Source of the DNA: Sminthopsis crassicaudata
Lineage: Eukaryota
Direction: 5' to 3'
DNA length: 64,000 nucleotides
NCBI RefSeq assembly: GCF_048593235.1
Contig: NC_133618.1
Location: 534,784,465-534,848,464, forward strand
Below the pieces are notes generated by a model. It worked only from the letters and a program-made list of their open reading frames with translations. It did no database searches and was not told the origin of the DNA. The translations under genes were made by a program, and so were the position numbers. Shown here piece after piece: positions 13,151-25,200 of the stretch; within the stretch, counting starts at the first letter, position 1; every line of letters starts with the position of its first letter.

Positions 13151-14602
13151 CTCTAGCCCGGAGCTGACATGTTTTATTGATGATTTACAGAAATGATAAA
13201 AGAGGGGGTGGGGGTGGGGAAGAGAGGATTGGGGAAAAGATTGAGAGAATAGTTATTGGTTTTCACCTGGCCACAATTGGTTGCTCAACCCTGATGGTTC
13301 TATGTTTGAGAATCCAGGTTTTTGTTCCTTTGTACAAGGAGGAAGGAGAAGGGTTTGTATGTGGGGGAGGGAAAAGTAGGGGGGGAGGATATAAGACTGT
13401 CTCTTTTTTTTAATTTTACACACATACACACACACACAGACACAGACACAAGGCCTTCTCTTTTTCCTCTCCAGATCCGGCCTGGAGTAACCCCAAGATA
13501 TAGTGATAAAGGACTATCGGTGATGGGTTTACGGTTTCTCGTTCTACCTTCTACTTCCCCCTCCCTCCTCTTTCCCTTCCCCCCTCCCCTAATGGCAGTA
13601 ACCAGCTAGCCCGGGAGATCTTTCGGTCTTTCCCACTCAGAATCTTACTATTGTCTGGGTACATCCATTAAACTCAGTAGGTTAGTTCGGCGTGAGCCTG
13701 TACTCGGAGGTGCGTTGTCAGACCCTCAGACTAGTATTTGCCTTAGAGCACTCTAATCCTATGGTATGGAGTAAATTTAGTCCTCCTCCCTAATAGGCTT
13801 AATAAAATGCTGTGATAGTGGATAGCTTCTCAGACGGGCGCGGGGTGGGAGTGGGGGCAGAGAGAGCCCTCTCCCACTATCCATAGACGCCACAGTAAGC
13901 CTAACTTTGTAGGGAGAATCCCGGCATATTCAAATGACGTTCGGCGAGTGTATAACTTTAATGATAGTTACCCAAGTACTTCACCAGGACTGCTCCGACT
14001 GGAAAGGAGACCAGAGTTCAGGGAGATGGGAGGGAAACAGGTAGTCCGGGTGGAACCGGGTTGTTTCCATTTTTTGTTAGCAGCCAACCTAGAGTTTTCA
14101 GACCTCCTCACTACCCACCTCACATCAAAGAGGTTGTTTATTTTGCTCCGCGAAAGGACTGGAGCTTGAAAGAGAAAAGGGGGCGGGAGCGGGGGCAGGA
14201 TGGGGATGGGGGTGGGGTGGGGGGTAGTTGGAGGAAAAGAAAAGGCCGCCTCGCCATTCTGAACACATCTTTAAATGGGGGTGGGGGCAGAAGCAACTTT
14301 GGGAACAACCATTTTATCCTCACTAAATCTTGTGAACTGAAAACATAAAAGTGACAAAGCGATTCTGTTTGTTTTATAGTATCTAATTGGACTGCTTTGC
14401 AGACCTAATGAGATTAGAGGGAGGAATCGTTCGCCGCCGCTGCAGAATAAACTGATACATTATTACAAGCCACAGGTTTTTTTAGAATTGTAGAGAGGAT
14501 GTCTTTTTTTTTTTTTTCTCCTTTTGTTATTTCTCTTCCTTCTCCCTCCCGCCAAATAATTATTTGCTAGTGGATCGTGGGAAAAAAATAGGAGGGGAAA
14601 AA

Positions 14603-14782
14603 NNNNNNNNNNNNNNNNNNNNNNNNNNNNNNNNNNNNNNNNNNNNNNNNNNNNNNNNNNNNNNNNNNNNNNNNNNNNNNNNNNNNNNNNNNNNNNNNNN
14701 NNNNNNNNNNNNNNNNNNNNNNNNNNNNNNNNNNNNNNNNNNNNNNNNNNNNNNNNNNNNNNNNNNNNNNNNNNNNNNNNNN
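14603..14782. other. Assembly gap (N run)
   Basis: N characters. Confidence 1.
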
Positions 14783-15253
14783 AGCGCCCATTCGCAGGCC
14801 GAGTTCGGCCACCCCACGTGGGGGTTCCGCGCTCCCATTGGCCAGGCCCGGGCAAAGCTGCCACATTATTTTGTTACTTTTCAGTCCCTATTTGGAACTG
14901 CTCTCGCGGCAGTTCAGACCTCGTGCTTGTCCCCCTCGCCTCTGTCTGTGTGTGGTATCCGCAAGGTCCGGGGCACTTTTTTTCGGTGTGAGTGTACGTA
15001 CGTGTGTGTGAGTGTGTGTTTTGGGGGTTAGAGGAAAGAGGAGAGGAGAGAGGCCGAGCAAAAAGCCACAGCGCTCGCTTGTCTTGCTGGCTCTTTCCTC
15101 CTGAGCGTCTCCCCTTTGCCTGTCCTCCGAGGCAGCGGCCAGAGGCTCCGGGAGAGGGACGGGCTCCGGCACTGCCTTTCTCTGGCTCGGAGGAGAGCGC
15201 ATTTCCCCGGAGCGGACCCTGGCTAGTTCCTCCCTGCGCCTGGCGGAGTTGGG

Positions 15254-15268
15254 ATGCCAAGCAGTTGA
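15254..15268 (+). other. uORF1 in the TLE3 5' leader (MPSS*)
   Basis: gggATGCCAAGCAGTTGA; G at -3. Confidence 0.55.
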
Positions 15269-15680
15269 ATCGAATCTACTTAGAAGCGGCTTTTCTCCGG
15301 CTCCAGGAAGGGAATCGGAGCCACCGCCACCGCGGAGGAGCAGCTGGGTTCTCCGTGGGGGGCGGGGGTGGTCAGACGGCCGGGGCCGAGCTCCCGTGCT
15401 CACTCTCCAGCACTCTCGCCGCTCGGCTCTCCACCTTGGTCCTTCCTAATTCATCCTTTCTCCTCGGGAGGCTTTCTCCGGAGCAGCCCGAGCCCACGAC
15501 GCTGAGGAGCTGCGGAGCGCTCCGGCTGGTGGAGCTCTGGTGGCGGCCCCCTCCCAGCCCGGCGGCGGGGACTCGGAGGAGGGAGCCGAGGAGGTCTTCT
15601 TAGTAGCCGCATCCACCGGGCTTGGGACTCCAGCACCGGACACCGCTCCCTCCCCCGGTGAATCCGCGGGGAGGACGAGA

Positions 15681-15758
15681 ATGTCTACGCACCCCCCGAG
15701 TCTGACTCCCTCTTCGCACTCGAGGGAAACCGGCCGGCTGCTGGCGGCGGAGCCCTAG
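15681..15758 (+). other. uORF2 in the TLE3 5' leader (25 aa, MSTHPPSLTPSSHSRETGRLLAAEP*)
   Basis: agaATGT with A at -3; TAG at 15756-15758; tail of ORF 15540..15758. Confidence 0.55.
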
Positions 15759-16065
15759 CCAGACAAAGACAAGGAGGACCCCCCCCCCATTCCCCACCCC
15801 CAGCAAGCTCGGCCCCGGCCTCCCCATTCGCTTTCTGGAAGGACTTTTTTTTTCTTAATTTTTCCTTGGCTCTTTGTTTCTACTTGTGTCTGGTTTCGAG
15901 CCTGAGATATTGTTCCGAGAGTGGAGTGGGGGGGCGCGGGGGAAAGCACTCCATTTCCCTGCCGCCCCCTGGTCCGGCTCTCCCTGCCCCCCTTCTCCCT
16001 CACCTCCCCGGGTTCAGGTCTCTCTGCTTCAACCTACTCTCGCAGAATCACGACCCCTCCCTGCG

Positions 16066-16089
16066 ATGTATCCGCAAGGCAGACATCCG
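16066..16089 (+). CDS. TLE3: TLE3 coding exon 1 (MYPQGRHP)
   Basis: ATG at 16066; donor CCG|GTGAGT. Confidence 0.97.
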
Positions 16090-16201
16090 GTGAGTAATTG
16101 TAACTCGATTTATTTAATCATCTATCATTGGAGGGTAAATGAAGCTGTTTATCTTGCACCTCCATTTTGCTTGTTACCTTTATGGTTTGTGTGCGTGCGT
16201 G

Positions 16202-16241
<40 letters not shown>

Positions 16242-19200
16242 TGTGTCTGTGCGCGCTCTAACACAAAGAGGGAGGAAGGGGGGGAAGGGGGGAAGACTGG
16301 CGGACTGGCGGACCGAGATAGTTAAAGCCTTCTGGTGCGCTTTGGAGCGGCTGGTGTGGAAGGATGAAGTGCTTTCACACTTACACGCCTTCTGCCCCCC
16401 ACTCACCCCCACCTCCGCGTCTAAACAAACAGTGCCTTCCGCTTTCCATTCCCTCTTTGGGATGCTGCCGGGATGGAAGCCCTCTAATGGAGGGCAGTGC
16501 TCGGGGTGCCTCTTCTCACGGTAGCTAAGAAACTTGGAGCTGAGGGGAGGGTCAGCTTTGGAGGGCTGTGTAGAGCAGAGCCGCCAGGCGGAATGGGGGG
16601 AGCTCCAAGGCTAAGTGATCGAAGGAGGCAGGACTAGGGAGCAGATGGTGACTGCTTTGCCTGTATGGATCCCTTTGCTGATCTCTTTACTCCCCTCTCC
16701 CTACGTCTGTCTCCCCCATGACTCCAGGCTCCCCATCAGCCTGGGCAGCCGGGATTTAAATTTACTGTGGCCGAGTCCTGTGATCGAATCAAAGATGAAT
16801 TCCAGTTCTTACAAGCCCAGTATCACAGGTAAGGTCCGAGGTGGAGGCTTGGAGCTAGGCAGATCCCCAGAGTCCCTCAACATATTCTTTTCCTAGAGGT
16901 TCAGAAACACCCGAGGAGAGGAGATTTGGGGTACAACCCTGTATTTCCCCCTTTCTGAGAGGCCCAAGTTTTATCACTGTGTTACCCGGAGGTCCCACTC
17001 TCCACCCTCAATACCAGCCCCTCGTTCCCAGAGGATTTGGCCTAATTGTTAAAGGGGGTTTAAGGGTGGAGATTGGTCCAGTGCCAGATTTTGATTTTAG
17101 GATCCTTAAGCAGGACTCTTTATTGACCCCCCTTACCCAAATCTCAGAGAAAGTTGACCCTTCTGGGAATGTTCCAGTTTCTTTAGTAGGATAGAAGGGA
17201 AGGACAGGTTTCTCTGTCTTCTACCTTGCCCTTGGGGGTGGAGGTGGGGGCCACATGTCGATGAATCGAGTCTCTAATGCCAACTGGAAATTGGACAGTG
17301 CCCTAGACGGGTAGAAAAGTGACTTTTAAAAGTCCTCTTTCTCACCTTGCAAATTTATTAGGACCCTTTCTATTCCCCAACCCCATGTCACTAAACAAGT
17401 CTGGTTGTGGATAGGTTCTGAAAATGATCTGGTTTTTGGCTTTTATAGTCTCAAAGTGGAGTACGACAAGCTGGCCAACGAGAAGACAGAAATGCAGCGC
17501 CATTATGTTATGGTAAGAGCTGCTCTGCAGAATGGCCTAGGATTTGGGAATTAGGGAGTTGGGGAGAAGGGTGGAGGGTGAAAAACAAGAGGGGAAGACA
17601 ACTAGAGTTTCAGTCCCCAAAAGGGAATCCAAAGATAGGGACAATGCAGAGGAAAACTTGGTGGGAGAGAACAAGATGGGCATTTGGTAAAGAATTGAGA
17701 GCAACCTTTCTGTTTCTGCCCCTTAGCCCCTCTTATCTTTTTCACCTCAGGATTCCTGGGTTCTGTCTAGGATGCCCAGCAGCAAAATTCCTCTGGCTAC
17801 ATTTAAAGGGGAATGCAACTTTTAATAAAGGAAAAACTTTAGCTCACAGTTGTTAGGGCTGGAATCAAAGGGAGAGTTGGTTTCACATACTGACCTCTCT
17901 CCAGTGTGTCTATTGTTTTTGTTTTTATTTTTACTTTGACACTTCTCAGATGTTCTCAAATGGTTAGTTGACCCAATCCTGTATTATATACAGGGTCAGT
18001 CTGCCTTTGCATTGGGTAACCTCCTAACTTTGCAATCTGGTAATTTTTCTGCTCTCTTAGCCTTTTAGTAAAACCTGTTTTGCCTTAAAAACTCTTATAA
18101 GCTATTTGACTTCTTGCATTTCTCTCAGCCTCCTTTTAAAGAGAAAAGAGAAGCATTTGTAGAGAAAGAAAAGCTTTTCTAAATAGGCATGGTATATACC
18201 TCCACTGTCAGCCTTTCTTCCCCCATATTCTCTTTCCCCAAGCCAAAACATAACTTGAGATAATTTTTTTTTCACCAAATCTTCATTGGGGGCAGTAGAT
18301 GAAATGCCTTTTTCTTTTTGTATCCCTGAGATTGTCACAGCAAGTCTAGTATTCAGTTTGTAAGTGAGCATAGAATGTACTTAAACTCTTCTCCCCCACA
18401 TGGCTTTCCACAGAAGAGGCCTTTGACACTGTACTAAATAAATAATTCTTAGAGGAAAAGAGGTAGCAGTGTACATAATATTCTCTGTTGAACTCGAACC
18501 TTGTATCAACAGGATATGTGGCACATGTACTGCTAGAAGGGAGGGTGATCGCGATTTTCACTATATATATTCCATTTGGTGGTAGGAGAAACACTTGTTC
18601 ATTGTTGGCTTCTGGGGCCTCTGTAGGCTGGGCTATTAGTTTTGATTTAAAACTTCCTTGGCAAACCTATCATAAGTACAGTTTGGCCAGAAACCTTCCT
18701 CATCATAAGCAGCATTTGAAGAATGAATAGATTTCTGTGTGGTTTGTTCATCATTAATGGGAACGCTTTTCACTTTTTTTTTTTAAACAGTACTATGAAA
18801 TGTCCTATGGTCTGAACATTGAAATGCACAAACAGGTAAGCAATTGTTCCCAATCTGTGAAAAGAATACATTAAGAGAGATACTAGATTGAATTGCTGTG
18901 TCTGTGGAATTTCCTGAATTTGGGAAGTGAGGTTAGCTACCTCCCCTTCAACTTCCCTCCACCCCTTCCCTCCTTCCCCTTGTTGGCTAGGAGGACATGA
19001 AACTCCAAAGTACTGCTTGAAGTGGTAACTGTAGGGCACCTGGTTTTCTTAAACTGCTGAGTTGGGTTTCTTTAATTCATTACCGAAAATGCTACCTAAT
19101 TGTCAGAGGCATTTGATTTAATGTATAGGCCATAGCTAATTGACAAGTTCTTACACAAGATGGAGGCACCCCTTAGATTTATTTGCTTTACATCTCAAAA

Positions 19201-22200
19201 GTGAAGGGGTGGTTTGCAACTTTTTAATCTGCTTTTATGTAAAATTTTCTAAAGGAAGTGCTGGAGGGTTTGCTGGGGGGGGGGAAAAAGTGATGTTCTA
19301 CCTTGATAAGATAACTGGAAGGGGCCTATAAAGCCCTAGGCACAGGAGTGTAAAATTTACAAGAATGAAGCAACTGAGATTAAGTCTGGTTATTTACTCT
19401 TAACTACTTACTACTTCTTAAGGCACTCCTCATTAAGAATTAAAGGAGAGAACAGATTGGTGTGTGAGCTCCACTTTGGAATTCTGAAGTTAAACCAGTT
19501 TCCCTAGTAGGGGCGGAGTTTAATGGATATGTAAACTATCTTATTGTCCATGTTCTAACTACAATAGGCCTCAAACTGAACAAATACTAATATCCTTTAT
19601 CTCAATGCATATCTGTAATCTGGCACTATCCCTGGGAGGGGTAAAGGGTGAGGCCCTTGGTATATTTATATTTGTAGGAGAGAGGCTGACTGTAATTTGG
19701 CCTCTGGAATGATTTGCATTGACTGAGCTCGTACTGATAATGAAGGCTGGCTGGTCTCTTTCACAATTGGTGTTCCAAAGTTGTTGGCTAATACTGACTT
19801 TTGGTAACTCTGCCCCAAGTGGACTTTCTACTAGAAATTTAACTTGGCTATGAGGTTTAAATTCTGTTCTAGTTATGCAGAGAGTCACAGGTAGGAGGAT
19901 CATGGGGAGTCTTAGAACGTTGGAGCTGGGAGGGACCTTGGAGCTCAGCTGGTCTAACCCCTTGTATTTGGGGAGGTACTGTGATTCCTGCAATTTTAAG
20001 GATTGCATTGGGCCTTTCTACCATATTTTGATAACTCTTTAATAATCTCCAAGTGGATGGCTTGGTATTTTGTTGTTAAACCCTTCCAGGACCCCATTTG
20101 GGATTTTCTTGGCAAAGGTAGTGGATCAGTTTGCCGTTCCCTTCTCTAGCTCATTTTACAGGTGAGGAAACTGAGGCAAACAGGGGTGTGCCCAGGGTCA
20201 CAGAGAAAAAGTTTAACTCCCAGAGTCAGTCTTCCTGACTGCAAGCATGGAGTCTTATATTCTTTACCAGCCTGCTCCTATTTGGTGGCTTAGGTGCCTA
20301 TAAAATCTTAAAAGGTTCCTCACTTGAGCAGTTTGTTAGAGATTCCTTTGGAGACTGGAATAGTGAAGTTAAGACTAGTGTAACATTGTAATGAACCCTT
20401 TTAGGATGCTTCCTCTAGATGGGAAGGTTTAAACCAACCATACATCGTTGTAATAAGATTATTTGAAAAAGTTTAACATTTGTGGGAATGATGTGGGAAA
20501 CATTTGTGGGAGTGTGGTATAAAGAGGAGGGCTGGACTTGATTCAGTTCCAGCTCTGCTACTTATGTGCCTGGACAAATTCACCTCATCTGCAAAATGGC
20601 AAGGTTGGCCTAGATGCTGGTACAATAAAAATGCCTGAGTGTGTTGTGTGGGGGGTGGGGTGGGGGTAGTGAGGGCCCAGGCCTAAGGAAACTGAAGTTC
20701 TGTCGGCCTGACTCCTTGTCTCCCTTCACACCCTTTTCCCCAAGAGCTGAGTTTCTTGGGTGTGTTTAAAGAGGGTAATTGCACTCAAGTTTAAAATTTA
20801 TAGCAGCAGTTATCCTAAGAGCCTTATAATTAAGGCATTATATGTTGTTGCATGTTGAGTTCTGTTTTGTGTTGTGCTCCCATGGCCCCTGTAAGAGTGG
20901 ATAAGATAGCCCTTTGACCTAGGAATCCTGCTTTGCTTGATGTAATGTATACATAGCGATGACTTTTTTTTTTAATCAATCCCAGTTTTTTAAGGCTGGG
21001 GCTTTGGCATTCTGAGTGTCCAGAAAAAAATGCTAGTTCTAACTCTTTAACATGTTTGGCATGTGATAGTTTGAGAAATGAGGTTCTCGGTTAAAAGAGC
21101 CGTCTCTAAATTCTTCTGGTTGATTTGGGAATTAATCTATTGTACGGATGAGTCATTGGCCCCGGGAGGTTCTCTCCCCTCCCCCACTGGAATCTGGCTC
21201 CTGAGCTTGCCGATTTGGGGATGAGTGTTTTCTGTTTCTTAGACTTCTTGTAGCTTTAACTTGCAAATCTCTAAGTTGGGTGAAATAGCCCTGTGGCAAT
21301 GCAGGAACAAAGGCATGGGGAGGTGAGGAAACACTGATGATAAATGCAACCATAAGCTAATAGGGCTTGTCACTCCCCTGGCTTGAGAGAGCTCTGCAAA
21401 ATAAATCCTGCCACTAATTGTAGTGTGGGTACTGGGTGCATNNNNNNNNNNNNNNNNNNNNNNNNNNNNNNNNNNNNNNNNNNNNNNNNNNNNNNNNNNN
21501 NNNNNNNNNNNNNNNNNNNNNNNNNNNNNNNNNNNNNNNNNNNNNNNNNNNNNNNNNNNNNNNNNNNNNNNNNNNNNNNNNNNNNNNNNNNNNNNNNNNN
21601 NNNNNNNNNNNNNNNNNNNNNGTACTTCTTTAAGTAGAGAGGTGGGAGGGGGATTGTCTTGTACATTTATATAATACATTATCTACATAGCACCTTCTGG
21701 AAGTGTTGAGGCCTTCAATCCACAGAGCAGATGCCCGCTCTCCTCCCTGCTACCACAACTACATTTTCTTTCAAATTGGATATAAAAATGGATGCTCATT
21801 CATGTTTCTATGAGAAGTGCCAAATAGGTAGGAACCACAGGTTTGGCTGGGTAGACCCTAAAGTATTGACAGAGGGCAGCCAGTGATGAAAGCTTAGTCC
21901 AGTTTGGTTTATAAACAAGCTTAAATGTGGATTTTGTTCTCTCTTCAGTGTCTTTCTGTCTCTGACTCGCTCTCTCATAGCCTTCTAATCACTGAGAGCT
22001 TAATAAGTGGTTTTTCCTTCCTATTCTTCTACCTTCCTCCCTAATTATGTCAAAGTGTAAATTACAAAATCTCTAGGGTTGGCCTGGCCCTGCTGTCCTT
22101 GCAAGGATTTCAAGAGGTCAGCTGGCCCAACCCCCAGCCTTCAGGCAGAATGTCAGGGATGATTCAGGAGATCTAGAAGCTTACCTGTTGACTCCCATCT

Positions 22201-25200
22201 TTCTTGTTTTGTGTTGTTTTCTAGTAGCATCAGAAATAACAAAGTTAATTGAGGGACAAATCTCAGAAAGCTGATGGCCTTTTTTTTTTTCTTTAAATGA
22301 ACTATGCTGATAATAACGATAATATTTTGGGTCCCCATACTTCAGAATATTGAATTTGATCAGTTGTGTAATTCATCTTTTATTTACTTAGGGATTTTAC
22401 AAGGTAGAGGTGGGGGAAGTTTTCTGTGGAACTCAGGGATTACTGTTTAAATCTATTGGTATCCTCAGATCAGGAAAATTGGGGGAAAGTTTTCATCAGT
22501 TCGAATGGACACTGCTCTGTCCCCATCCCCCTGGGCAAAACTTCTTGTAAACTATTGATAAGAGTGCTAGAGGATGGATAGGCTTGGAAAAAACTGTGAT
22601 CTCCTTTTGTTTGGAGTGCATGCTGTCATTGAAGACATCAAACTCCACTTCATTATTAGAGTCAGTTTTAAAGAGTGAGATTTAAGGCATTTTGGTTTCA
22701 AAGCAACATTATGTGCTAAGAGGAAAATATGCTTGTTCCATAGCTTTTGTTCCATAAACCACCAGACTTCAGTAAAGGGGCTTTTTAGTGAGACAGAAGA
22801 AAAAGATCGAAGACTCACTTCTTGGCTGTTAGGAAGCCAATGGGTATTTAGACTGCCATAGGCTTTTAAATTAATATCTAAAGTAGCTGAGGCTATAAAC
22901 TTCGTATACAGAAGTGCTGAGTACCTAATTTAAAGTTTTATAACTGTGTTAGCTTGCCCTCTTTGCACTTATCATGTTTTGAATTGCTAGTTAGATTCAA
23001 ATATTTGTACAACTAATGATTAAAAGTGCATAGTAATCCCCATGTGTCTAACTACTTATTCTAGGTAGGAGATTTCTTATAGAGTGTAGACAGCCTGTAA
23101 ACACCCCCTGGGATGGGGATGAATGAAGGTTGGCACATCACATTGTGTGGGGCCTGGGAGTCAGGAGACCTAGGTTCTACAACTGTACTTTGCCATTTGT
23201 TAGCTATGTAACAAGCCACTTACCTAGATCTCTGTCTTTTTTTTTTTTATTCTTTCAAATGGAGTATACTATAGATTGAGACCTTTTCTACCTCCAAAAT
23301 TCTATGGTTGCCATTTAAGTGGTAGAAGAGAGGCCATAGGGATTCACTGGTAGATGTTTGACAAAAGCTCCATGACCTGAATGTAGGGCATATGTGTTAG
23401 GAGGGAACTGGATGGTGCAGTGGATAGAGTGCTGGGCCTGCAGTCAGAAAAACTCATCTTTCTCAATTCCAATCTGGCCTCAGACACTTCGTGGGCAAGT
23501 TATTTAACCTTATTTGTCTTAGTTTTCCCATGAAGGAAATAACTGGGAGAAGGGAATGGCAAACCACTCTTTATATTTTTGCCAAGAAAATCCTCCAAAT
23601 GAGCTCAGGACCATACAGATCTGAACCATAACAAACAGCATTGTACTCTTTGGATGCCTGTGAAAGTCCAGCGGAGTAATTTGCACATAATGGGTAATCT
23701 ATAAATACTTGTTATGTACCCAGTGAATTACTTCCAGTTTTCAAATTCTGAGAATACTTTGTTGACTGGTTTATTTCTTTTTTTGGTGGGGGGGTGAGGA
23801 GAGGAGAACCTAGAGTAAAATGATTCAAATCCATGATGGTTTGAAACTTAAGATTGCAAAGAATTTGTACAGGTATTTGAGGTCAAACTCTGAACTCTTG
23901 CCTTCCTTAGTAACAAGGTTTGGTTTTGTTTGTTTGGTCTCATTTTGTTTTTTAATACACAGTTGGAGTTTAAGTATATTCTTTCATAATCCATCTGATT
24001 AATTTTATTTTAGTCTTGTCTTCCCAACTAAATTATAAGCTTTAGGACCATGACAGTTTTCTTTCTGGATCCAACATAGTTGAGGGCTGGGTTTATAGTA
24101 GATAGTTTGATAATTGTCTAACTATGTATGGTCCAGTGACATTGCTAGAGAGAGAGCTAGGTTCTAACTCTGATCTGAGCCAATTCTGCAAATGAGACAT
24201 TGGGCCTAGGTGATTTTCAGGTACTTTCCAGTCCCAAGATTCTATGACTTCATCTTAGGGCCATCCAGGTCTCACCTTACTCCCACTTACTGAAGCTTAT
24301 TGGAGTTGAAGCTCTTTTCTTTTCCTTAGTTGGCAGCAGATGAAAGTCCCAGTTATCCTGGACTTAATATTATAGTTTGGACTTTATTCCCCAAAGTGGT
24401 ATTGTGTCTCCTTTCTGATATTGGTAATTCTGTAATGACTGGTTGTGACCCACCCCCCTCCCTCATATTTAATTCTCATCAGTATAGCTCTCCACTTTGC
24501 TATTAATGATAGCAGCCAGCAGAATAGCTTTCAACATGCCATTGACAGTCTGGTTTAAGAGAGCACTTGAAAGAGTGCTAGACAGCTGAAAGTACCCATA
24601 ATTGTGTACCGCAGTGAGAACTGCCAGCTCAAGGACCTTGTTTTCATATGCTTAAAGGGACAATATCTTGTTTTCAACAAATGCTTCCAGTGACTTACAT
24701 CCAAGATTGTTTTTTTTCACTGTCCTCCCCTTTCCTTTTCCTCTTCTATTTTCATTTTTTGGTCTTTTTTTGATGGGATATATTCAGCCCTCTTAGGTTT
24801 TTCAGAGTAGGGATATATATATGCATGTATATATGTATGTATGTTATATATACATGTATAACATATGTATTATGTATAATATTACATGCTTGGGGTACAT
24901 GCACTTGCCATGGATAACTCCTAAGGGTAAACTGTGTGCAAATTATCTGGGTACAAATTCAAACTAGGCTGCACCATCCATACTTGGGTAGGAGTGTGTC
25001 CTGAAAGGCTGAAAGGTTCTATAATATCTGTAATACTAATGCTTGGGAACCTCAACTGAATTTCCAGAATTCGCTGCTTTATCCTTGCTGACTATGCAAG
25101 CTTTAGATTTGAACAGCAAATCTCCCCAAGTCATTGAGCATGTGTCTGCAAAATTGCCTGATGATGATGTAATAAGTGCTTTTTGAAGAATCTGATTGAT

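Larger units (their letters stand above)
14783..16089 (+). promoter_or_regulatory. TLE3: CpG island: TLE3 proximal promoter and long 5' UTR
   Basis: Dense CpG and high GC directly upstream of the ATG; CACGTG at 14815-14820 and ATTGG at 14837-14841. The TSS near 14860-14900 is inferred, not observed. Confidence 0.85.

Noticed and set aside
11086-14841. ER-stress elements (ERSE CCAAT-N9-CCACG, ERSE-II ATTGG-N-CCACG)
   Set aside because: Spacings between CCAAT and CCACG here are about 15-31 nt, not 9 or 1
11024-14866. Long ORFs containing X runs
   Set aside because: Artefacts of reading through N gaps
14874-15603. 128-203 aa ORFs on both strands of the CpG island
   Set aside because: High GC makes stops rare; they start at non-ATG codons and have low-complexity Pro/Arg/Gly/Ser content
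15874-16524. 216-aa ORF extending TLE3 exon 1 both upstream and into intron 1
   Set aside because: Strong GTGAGT donor at 16090; the read-through translates a (TG)n repeat; the upstream part has no ATG
16690-16727. Alternative N-terminus by in-frame extension upstream of exon 2
   Set aside because: In-frame TGA at 16719-16721 blocks it
21883-21965. Possible C/D snoRNA (GTGATGA ... CTGA)
   Set aside because: No terminal stem, no clear C'/D' boxes, no recognisable guide
23403-23450. tRNA-like heads at several positions
   Set aside because: 5' ends of tRNA-derived SINEs (MAR1/MIR/WSINE1); no cloverleaf
24810-24890. Self-complementary stretch resembling a miRNA hairpin
   Set aside because: Low-complexity TA/TG microsatellite; complementarity is trivial
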